Positions 18,628 through 25,667 of a stretch of DNA of 39,911 nucleotides are shown here, in pieces; position 1 is the stretch's first letter, and each line of letters begins with the position of its first letter. Location: positions 1-39,911 of the IMG/VR virus record IMGVR_UViG_3300020042_006136; one strand, 5' to 3'. The position numbers and the translations under genes were made by a program. This DNA is from a virus (Duplodnaviria; Caudoviricetes). The notes beneath the pieces are model-generated. The model saw only the letters and a program-made list of their open reading frames with translations, was not told where the DNA came from and did no database searches.

Positions 18628-18816
18628 TTATGCCTCCTGTCTTAAGACTTGATTTAATAAAACCATAATGTTTGTTTTAGTGCTCATTGTAGTTGCATAT
18701 CTTCCATTTTTAAATAGATGATACTCACCCCCACTATGACGCGCTTCCCATACATTACCCTCTTCATCTGAACCACACGCTACGTTGTAGCCTGCGTCTG
18801 TATAACTTGCTACCAT
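18628..18816 (-). CDS. Hypothetical protein
   Basis: 62 aa, ACAGGAG RBS. Confidence 0.7.
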   Translation of the reverse strand: MVASYTDAGYNVACGSDEEGNVWEARHSGGEYHLFKNGRYATTMSTKTNIMVLLNQVLRQEA

Positions 18817-18865
18817 TTTTATTCTCCTGTCTTAATTCACAAGGTAGGTATCTCCTGCCTTGCTA

Positions 18866-18914
18866 GTGCCCCAATGGTGTCGCGAACACCTGCCACCTGT
18901 CAATGGTTTGGGGC
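18866..18914 (-). ncRNA. tRNA-like mini-element A
   Basis: GCCCCAA/TTGGGGC 7-bp stem, T-arm-like GGTG-TTCGCGA-CACC, 3' AC. Confidence 0.5.
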
Positions 18915-18944
18915 TGTGAATTACCTCTCATTACTTAAGACAGA

Positions 18945-19091
18945 TTACTCCTCAGTAACTTTTGTAATTGTTAAGGCTTGTCCGTTTGCTTTTAAGAACT
19001 CGGCAACCTCTGCAATTTTCTGAAGGCTGTCGGTATAATTTAGCCCGCAGAAATTGCCTCGCTTGCTGTAAATTTCGTAGACAATTTTCAT
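18945..19091 (-). CDS. Hypothetical protein (48 aa)
   Basis: MKIVYEIYSKRGNF...; GAGGAGG RBS. Confidence 0.65.
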   Translation of the reverse strand: MKIVYEIYSKRGNFCGLNYTDSLQKIAEVAEFLKANGQALTITKVTEE

Positions 19092-19246
19092 GCGCTCACC
19101 TCCTCAATTAATACCGCTCCATATTGCAAAGCGGTATTGTTGAGCATTCTCTTGGCTTTGTTTATTGCCACCAAACTATCTTTGGCATCAATAGTGAAAC
19201 GCTCCGATACTGAGCAGTTTCTAAAAATAACGCGGTATTTATTCAT
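19088..19246 (-). CDS. Hypothetical protein (52 aa)
   Basis: MNKYRVIFRN...; GGAGG RBS, TAATG coupling. Confidence 0.65.
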   Translation of the reverse strand: MNKYRVIFRNCSVSERFTIDAKDSLVAINKAKRMLNNTALQYGAVLIEEVSA

Positions 19247-19545
19247 TAGATAGCCTCCGCTTCTGTCTTAAGTCCTAACCTGTTTTCTTCTGTGCAATTT
19301 GAGCAGAACTTTAGCCCTGCGTTTTCATCTTCTACCAATAAATAATCTTCCATTTCATTGGCGCAACCATCGCAATTTTCTACCTCAATTTCCTCAGCAT
19401 CTTCAACAATAATGCTTAGGTCATGTCTTAAGGCATCAAATAATTCATCGGCTGTCATTGGTTCATCGGCTCGGTATACATAATCAAAGCCTTCAAAACT
19501 TGGCTCGTGAATAATTTGTATCTTGTATTCGTATTTTGTGGTCAT
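19246..19545 (-). CDS. Acidic protein with C-terminal zinc finger
   Basis: CDGC...CSNC; ACAGGAG RBS. Confidence 0.75.
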   Translation of the reverse strand: MTTKYEYKIQIIHEPSFEGFDYVYRADEPMTADELFDALRHDLSIIVEDAEEIEVENCDGCANEMEDYLLVEDENAGLKFCSNCTEENRLGLKTEAEAI

Positions 19546-19605
19546 TGCTTTCTCCTGTCTTAATTCAGAACTAGAAACTTTCTAATTCTGTTTCTTCTGT
19601 GTCCG

Positions 19606-19661
19606 ATTTTCCTCTTATGGCTGGCAGTTGTCAACTGTTTAACCATGTGAGTTGGCTCACA
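19606..19661 (-). promoter_or_regulatory. Putative leftward promoter with perfect CRP-type box
   Basis: TGTGA-GTTGGC-TCACA at 19646-19661; TTGACA at 19634-19629 inside palindrome CAGTTGtCAACTG; -10 weak (GAAAAT). Confidence 0.55.
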
Positions 19662-19663
19662 TT

Positions 19664-19710
19664 GTGCCCCGCTAGGTCGTGAACCTGCGCCTCCAATTAA
19701 GGGGCGGGGC
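19664..19710 (-). ncRNA. tRNA-like mini-element B
   Basis: GCCCCGC/GCGGGGC 7-bp stem, T-arm-like AGG-TTCACGA-CCT, 3' AC. Confidence 0.5.
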
Positions 19711-19718
19711 TTTCTGTC

Positions 19719-19925
19719 TTAAGACTTAATTTGTTCAGGATTAAAATAGTCAGAAAGTTTTGGAACTGTTGCCATGTATTGGCTTGCTTCCTCCTTCTCT
19801 ATTTCAATCCTTAACTCTGCTCCTTCTTTTGTTTTATAGGTAAAAACTTTACTGTAATTAAAACTTGGATTTGAAATAATCGCCTCCCAGTTTCCTTCAT
19901 TGTTTTGCTTTACTTTGTATTGCAT
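19719..19925 (-). CDS. Hypothetical protein
   Basis: 68 aa, ACAGGAGG RBS. Confidence 0.75.
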   Translation of the reverse strand: MQYKVKQNNEGNWEAIISNPSFNYSKVFTYKTKEGAELRIEIEKEEASQYMATVPKLSDYFNPEQIKS

Positions 19926-19950
19926 TTTTTGCCTCCTGTCTTAAGTCAGA

Positions 19951-19980
19951 GGGGCGGGCTTTCCGCCCCCCTGTTTTTTT
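19951..19980. terminator. GC-rich intergenic hairpin (T-tract on + strand)
   Basis: GGGGCGG-GCTTT-CCGCCCC followed by CCTGTTTTTTT. Confidence 0.55.
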
Positions 19981-19985
19981 ATGTC

Positions 19986-20624
19986 TTAAGCCTCTGTGAA
20001 TTCCACCTTGCAAGGCTTGCAACTAACACCGCTTTCAAGCACACTACGACTTAAGCGGATTACATTTCCACAATCCCCGCACTCTGCTTTGATTAAGTTG
20101 GTGTTTCTGCCCTTTGGCTTCTGTGCGCCCTCTCCTGTTGCAGTTAATGCAAGGGCATCTGTAAGGATTTTAAGAGCCTTTGACCACCTCTTAGCACCAA
20201 ATTCTGTTAAGCCTGTGGTGATAACGCTACCTTTTTTGTCCTTATCTGTCTTAAGTCCTAATGCCTCCGCCTGTGTTTTAAACTTTGCATTGTGGTATTG
20301 ATTAGCGGAGCAGTCTTTGATGTTATTTTTGAAATTCAAAGAGTGTGCCACTTCATGCAATAGTGTTGAAAGTAATTGCTCACTAGTTGCAAAGTGTTCT
20401 AAGTTGAAGGCAATTTCATTAAAAGACTGACCTTCACTAGTTGACCATGGTGTGAAGGGTGTGAAATGTCCTTTGCGCCCTTTTAAATTTCTAGTAACTA
20501 GAATAGTTACCGATGGCGCACCTGTTTCTTCTTTGATGATTTGATGCGCTTTCTCTAATGCCATTGTCAAAGTAGAAAGGTTCTCTACCTTCACAATTTG
20601 GTTAACTTTCTTTGCTTGTTTCAT
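19986..20624 (-). CDS. SprT-like zinc metalloprotease with C-terminal zinc ribbon
   Basis: TLLHEVAH, YHNAKFK...LGL, CGDCG...CKPC. Confidence 0.8.
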   Translation of the reverse strand: MKQAKKVNQIVKVENLSTLTMALEKAHQIIKEETGAPSVTILVTRNLKGRKGHFTPFTPWSTSEGQSFNEIAFNLEHFATSEQLLSTLLHEVAHSLNFKNNIKDCSANQYHNAKFKTQAEALGLKTDKDKKGSVITTGLTEFGAKRWSKALKILTDALALTATGEGAQKPKGRNTNLIKAECGDCGNVIRLSRSVLESGVSCKPCKVEFTEA

Positions 20625-20670
20625 TTGGTTTCTCCTGTCGTGTCTTAAGTCAATCTGACTTAATAAACAG

Positions 20671-20703
20671 AGGGTAATTCATACGGTTATCAGTTGTCAA
20701 CTA
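20671..20703 (-). promoter_or_regulatory. Putative main leftward (early) promoter
   Basis: TTGACA (20700-20695), 18 nt, TACCCT; followed by hairpin TTAAGTCA-GAT-TGACTTAA and RBS. Confidence 0.65.
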
Positions 20704-20878
20704 CATTTGGCACATTTCTTTGATTATAACGAAAGTGTTATAAATGCCCCTGTGCCTGTGCTTATCTCACATAATGAGATGCCATTAAAGCAAAGTAAAG
20801 CGGGGGGGGAAGGCGGATTATATGACCGCTTTATTCTAGTAAGAGCATGCAACTCCTCCAGCATTGCATCACAATCCT

Positions 20879-20983
20879 CTTTGCTTTGCTCTGCCTTGCT
20901 TTGCCTTGTTGCAAATAGATGTGCGAGGTGCATGGTCTGCACCCCAGGGTTATTAAATGCGCTGCGTGTATGTGTATGTGTAT
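20879..20983. repeat. Short tandem repeats in divergent intergenic region
   Basis: (CYYTG)x6 at 20879-20908; (GTGTAT)x3 at 20966-20983. Confidence 0.7.
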
Positions 20984-21273
20984 CCACTTACATAACTTTG
21001 CTAGTCCTCGCCCCCCTCATTGTGGCTCTGACCTGCGGTTATGCTTGATTTACTATAGTGTGGCGTAAATCACATGGACAGAAGTGTCCGCTAAGGACCT
21101 TCTGGACACCTATAGTATAAGTGAGAGGCGAAATTATCGGAGCCTCCGCAAGTTAACTACGACCCCCAAGGGTCGTCACCTAGTATTAGCCCTAACCTAC
21201 GGGCTTCGTTTGAACTTCGCCCTTCGGTTATATCTTTAGCCCAAGGCTCCCTACAGTCCGCCTTGGAGAACCT

Positions 21274-23133
21274 ATGGAAAGAAAACGCATAACCTCCGCC
21301 TCGCATAAAAGCGATGCCATAAAAAGGCAAATTATAGATTTCCTTATGCAGGGCTACTCAGTGCAGAAGGCTATGGATGCAGTAGGTCGCTCAGTCAAGA
21401 CTTATGAGTACTACCGAAAGGTAGACTCTGAATTTTCTATTGCTGTAGACAAAGTTCGCTCTATGACAGCAAGAGGTGAGATAGGCAATGCAAGAGGGGA
21501 AGTACCACCCTTCCCCCAGTTCTCCGAAAAATATCTCGGAACCAGAGTTTTTAAACATCAACAACATTGGATAGATTTATTAGAAGATAGACAGCCTACG
21601 GATGTCCATGACTCTATAACCTACGAACAAGGTGCACAGGATTTACTTATAGTAAACACCCCACCTGAGCACGCCAAGTCAACAACCATTACGGTCAACT
21701 ATGCCGTATACCGAATTTGCCAAAACCCCAATATCAGAATAATGATTGTGTCTAAGACACAGGCTATGGCGCAAAAGTTCCTGCTCTCCATCAAGAACAG
21801 ATTAACACATCCTAAATATCAGGACCTACAATTAACCTTTGGACCTCCAGGGGGCTTTGAAAAAAATTCTGATTCATGGAAGCAGGACTTAATTTACCTA
21901 TCCTCAGAGGCTCGTGACTCTGGCGAGAAAGACCCCACCGTACAGGCTATAGGTGTAAGAGGTCATATCTACGGTGCTCGTGCTGATTTAATTATCATGG
22001 ATGACTGTATAGACAATACCAACGCCCATGAATTTGAAAAGCAAATTGACTGGGTTCAGTCTGAGGTTATGTCCCGTATTGATGATAACAACGGCAAACT
22101 TTTAATTATAGGCACTCGCCTACGACCAAGAGATTTATACTCTGAACTACGCGACCCCATGCGCTACCCAGATGAGTCCTCACCTTGGACTTACTTCGCA
22201 CAACCTGCCGTATTAGAATTTAATGAGGACCCTAATAAGTGGGTAACCCTATGGGAAAAAACTAATCTACCACCCAACTCTGGTATGGGTAAACCTGATG
22301 CAGATGGTTTATACCGCAAGTGGGATGGGCAAGCGCTACATAAACGCAGGGCAAGATTATCTCCTAACTTATGGGCAATGGTCTACCAACAACAACAGGT
22401 GCATGAAGATTCAGCATTTCCATCTGAGGCTATTAAGGGAGTTATCAACGGCGCTCGCAATATTGGGCGTATACCTAAAGGCAAGTCTGGTGTAAGACCT
22501 AACGGTATGGATGGACTTATTACCATTGCTGGACTTGACCCAGCAGGCTCTGGCAACACCGCAGCCATCTGTATAGGTTTAGATATATCTACCCAGAAGC
22601 GTTACCTAATAGATGTATCAAATGTGGCTGGCATGAAGCCAGATGAAATTAGAGAATTAATTAAAAACTGGACTGACGATTATCAGATTTCTGAGTGGCG
22701 AGTTGAGAAAAATGCTTTCCAAACGATGTTGACTCAGGACCGTGAGGTACGAGAATACCTTTCGTCACGAGGTGCAACATTGCGAGAACACCATACAGGT
22801 CAAAACAAATGGGATACGAACTTCGGGGTTGCATCTCTGACGACACTATTCCATGGTTGGCAAGAAGGAAATGCTCTTATTGAATTTCCATCAAGCCATG
22901 CCTCTGAAGGTCTTAAAGCACTTATAGAACAATTAGTAACTTGGTACCCAGATGCACCAAAAAGTCAAAAGACAGACACAGTTATGGCGTTCTGGTTTGC
23001 AGAACTCGGATGTCGTGACAGAGTAGCAAATGCAAATTCTTTTGCCCGTACTCATAACAGTATCAATATGTTTCATACCCGTTATGACCGCTCACGACAG
23101 ATGACTGTCCAACTAGACGACATATACTCATAG
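21274..23133 (+). CDS. terL: Terminase large subunit with N-terminal HTH-like extension
   Basis: PPEHAKST Walker A variant, GARADLIIMDD Walker B, IIGTR, GLDPA nuclease, DTVMAFW. Confidence 0.9.
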   Translation: MERKRITSASHKSDAIKRQIIDFLMQGYSVQKAMDAVGRSVKTYEYYRKVDSEFSIAVDKVRSMTARGEIGNARGEVPPFPQFSEKYLGTRVFKHQQHWIDLLEDRQPTDVHDSITYEQGAQDLLIVNTPPEHAKSTTITVNYAVYRICQNPNIRIMIVSKTQAMAQKFLLSIKNRLTHPKYQDLQLTFGPPGGFEKNSDSWKQDLIYLSSEARDSGEKDPTVQAIGVRGHIYGARADLIIMDDCIDNTNAHEFEKQIDWVQSEVMSRIDDNNGKLLIIGTRLRPRDLYSELRDPMRYPDESSPWTYFAQPAVLEFNEDPNKWVTLWEKTNLPPNSGMGKPDADGLYRKWDGQALHKRRARLSPNLWAMVYQQQQVHEDSAFPSEAIKGVINGARNIGRIPKGKSGVRPNGMDGLITIAGLDPAGSGNTAAICIGLDISTQKRYLIDVSNVAGMKPDEIRELIKNWTDDYQISEWRVEKNAFQTMLTQDREVREYLSSRGATLREHHTGQNKWDTNFGVASLTTLFHGWQEGNALIEFPSSHASEGLKALIEQLVTWYPDAPKSQKTDTVMAFWFAELGCRDRVANANSFARTHNSINMFHTRYDRSRQMTVQLDDIYS

Positions 23134-23145
23134 AACAGGATTAGT

Positions 23146-24969
23146 GTGGCACTTTCTTTAGATGATATTAAAACAAATTATGACCGCTACAAGCAGGTTT
23201 TCTCTGAAAGAGATACCCGTATGGAGCAGGTTCTACTTGTTCGTAAGGGCAGGATGCGGGATGTATTCCCAGATTTATTTCCTGATGGTCCCTTTGAGAA
23301 CCCTATTGTTGCAAATATGGTTGACATTGCAGCCCGTGATTTGTCTGAAGTTATCGCACCTCTTCCTGCCTTTAACTGCAATTCACCCACTATGGTTTCC
23401 GAAAAAGAACGCAAGAAGGCTGATAAGCGTGAGGAAATTGTAAACGGAATTATTGATTTTTCCGATATTCAAACCCAGATGTTTACTGCTGCTGACCGTT
23501 ATGTGTCATACGGATTTGTTCCAGCACAGATTGAAATTGACTTAGATAACAATATGCCAAGAATCCGTTTCTTAGATTCAGTAGGTTGCTATCCAATCAT
23601 TGACCGCTTTGGCAAAGTTCATGGCATGTACCAAAGAATTAAGAAATCACTAGCAGAGTTAATGGCTGCATACCCAGAGTATGCCCACTTGTTATATGAC
23701 AAAGACTCTACCAATACAATGCTAGAGATTATTCGCTACCATGATAAAGACCAAGATATATTATTTGTTCCACAGCGCAATAACCTAGTTATTGACAGAG
23801 CACCAAATCCTATTGGTGAAGTAATGATTCGTATTATTCAACGACCATCCCTTGACTCTGAGTCCCGTGGACAATTTGACGATGTACTTGCAATTCAAGT
23901 TGCTAAGGCTCGTTATGCACTTCTTTCACTTGAGGCTGCTACTAAAGCAGTTCAAGCCCCCCTTGTCGCCCCACGAGATGTAAGTGAGATTGCCCTTGGA
24001 CCAGATTCCGTTATTAGAACTGACCGCCCTTCAGATGTTCGCCGACTCTCTATTGACATACCACCAGGTGCTTTCGCTCAACAACAGGTACTTGAAGGAG
24101 AACTTCGTTTAGGTTCTCGTTATCCTGAGTCACGCACAGGAAACATTGATGCCTCTATTGTTACAGGTCGTGGTGTGCAGGCTCTTATGGGTGGCTTTGA
24201 TACCCAGATTAAAACTGCTCATGCAATGTTTGCCCGTGCCTTTGTAGAACTTATTGGTTTAGCACTTAAGGTAGATGAAACAGTTTTTGGTGACACAGAA
24301 AAATCTTTGCGTGGTGTACGCAATGGAGTTCCATACGCAATTAAATACAAGCCATCTCGTGATATAGATGGTGATTACACTGTAGATGTCCAGTACGGAC
24401 TCATGGCAGGTCTTGACCCTAACCGTGCATTAGTATTTGGTTTACAGGCTCGCGGAGATAAATTAATATCTCGTGACTTCTTACGCCGTCAAATGCCGTT
24501 CTCTTTCAATGCAACACAAGAAGAAGAAAAGGTTGACACCGAAGATTTACGCGATGCAATGAAGCAGGCTATTGCATCCTATGCACAAGCAATCCCAGCA
24601 CTTGCATCACAAGGACAAGACCCATCAGATATTTTGTACAAACTTTCTACCGTTATTAATGAACGCCAAAAGGGTACACCTATTGAACAGGCGGTATCTG
24701 AGGCGTTTCAGCCACAGAATCCCCCACCTGGAGCAATGATGACCCCTGATGGCGTAAGTCCCGAAATGCTTGGGCAAGCAGGTGCGGTCCCTCCAGGTGA
24801 GGGGCAACTTCCTCAAGGTTTAAGCGCTACAGGTCGTATGCAAGGTGTTGCTGCTGGACAAATAACCCCAGGCGGTAGACCAGATGTTCAGTCGCTTTTA
24901 GCAAGTTTAACTCAGAGAGGTGAACCTAATCTTCAGGCTTCCCTCGTTAGACGACTACCAGTTGCATAA
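23146..24969 (+). CDS. Portal protein
   Basis: 607 aa directly after terL, Pro/Gly/Gln-rich C-terminus; context-based. Confidence 0.8.
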   Translation: MALSLDDIKTNYDRYKQVFSERDTRMEQVLLVRKGRMRDVFPDLFPDGPFENPIVANMVDIAARDLSEVIAPLPAFNCNSPTMVSEKERKKADKREEIVNGIIDFSDIQTQMFTAADRYVSYGFVPAQIEIDLDNNMPRIRFLDSVGCYPIIDRFGKVHGMYQRIKKSLAELMAAYPEYAHLLYDKDSTNTMLEIIRYHDKDQDILFVPQRNNLVIDRAPNPIGEVMIRIIQRPSLDSESRGQFDDVLAIQVAKARYALLSLEAATKAVQAPLVAPRDVSEIALGPDSVIRTDRPSDVRRLSIDIPPGAFAQQQVLEGELRLGSRYPESRTGNIDASIVTGRGVQALMGGFDTQIKTAHAMFARAFVELIGLALKVDETVFGDTEKSLRGVRNGVPYAIKYKPSRDIDGDYTVDVQYGLMAGLDPNRALVFGLQARGDKLISRDFLRRQMPFSFNATQEEEKVDTEDLRDAMKQAIASYAQAIPALASQGQDPSDILYKLSTVINERQKGTPIEQAVSEAFQPQNPPPGAMMTPDGVSPEMLGQAGAVPPGEGQLPQGLSATGRMQGVAAGQITPGGRPDVQSLLASLTQRGEPNLQASLVRRLPVA

Positions 24970-24981
24970 GGAGGTGAATAA

Positions 24982-25143
24982 ATGAAGAAGTCCTTATCAG
25001 GAGGAAAGAAGCCTAAGAACCAAGGTTCAGCAGGCAAGGCTCCAACCCAAAAACCAATGTTGGCTAAGAAAGCATCATCAAAGGGTGGCAAAGTATATTT
25101 CTCAAGCAATCCAAGCGGAACTCGCGGTTCACGCAGTAAGTAA
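24982..25143 (+). CDS. Small basic protein (53 aa)
   Basis: MKKSLSGGKKPKNQG...; AAGGAGGTGA RBS. Confidence 0.75.
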   Translation: MKKSLSGGKKPKNQGSAGKAPTQKPMLAKKASSKGGKVYFSSNPSGTRGSRSK

Positions 25144-25211
25144 TTAATAAACCTGAGTAAGTTTGAAAACTGCTCATAATATTCTAAACGCTCAAATGGC
25201 GGAAGGTAATA

Positions 25212-25667
25212 ATGGCAAAGGCTAAAAACGAAAATTTTAAGGTGTCCGCAACAGGCGGTGCTGGAACTGATGGACAACCTGCAAGTTATGCAGCAGGTAT
25301 TGATGGCGCACAAGATTTTTATGATTTACAAACTCAAGCAAAAATGTCAGGACAGAATACTGCTCTTAATTTAAAAGCACCTAATCAAACATTTGAACCT
25401 AAAATTGATACAAGTGGAATAGTCCCACTTAATGCCCCTACTCAATATCCAGAAGAAGGTGTTGATACTGGAGGAATACTTGGACCAAATGCTGGTGAAG
25501 AAGTTATGGCAGCACCCTCTATGCTTCGTGCACAAAATAGTCAAGACATTGCACAGTTAGCAGCAAGTCTACCTTTTTACGCAAAGATTGCAGAAAGTCC
25601 AAACGCATCAAATTCTTTTCGTAATTGGTACCGTTATATCCGTAGCCAAGTTGAAGGTATCGGATGA
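25212..25667 (+). CDS. Hypothetical virion-associated protein
   Basis: 151 aa between portal and giant protein. Confidence 0.7.
   Translation: MAKAKNENFKVSATGGAGTDGQPASYAAGIDGAQDFYDLQTQAKMSGQNTALNLKAPNQTFEPKIDTSGIVPLNAPTQYPEEGVDTGGILGPNAGEEVMAAPSMLRAQNSQDIAQLAASLPFYAKIAESPNASNSFRNWYRYIRSQVEGIG

Larger units (their letters stand above)
15339..20652. repeat. Dispersed TGTCTTAA(GACA) motif, about 23 copies
   Basis: TGTCTTAA at 15420, 15848, 16160, 16300, 16446, 16678, 17211, 17648, 17873, 18043, 18300, 18638, 18828, 19264, 19424, 19556, 19715, 19937, 19982, 20247, 20641; inverted at 15339, 18935. Confidence 0.92.

Noticed and set aside
18866-19710. Canonical tRNA genes
   Set aside because: Only 45-47 nt, one arm missing, no encoded CCA; kept as tRNA-like elements
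15339-20652. CRISPR array or integron attC cassette reading of the TGTCTTAA repeats
   Set aside because: Repeats are only 8-13 bp, irregularly spaced, partly inside genes; no cas or integrase gene recognised
20707-21048. ORFs 20707-21048 (+) and 20724-20987 (-)
   Set aside because: Translate microsatellites, lack RBS, lie in the divergent regulatory region
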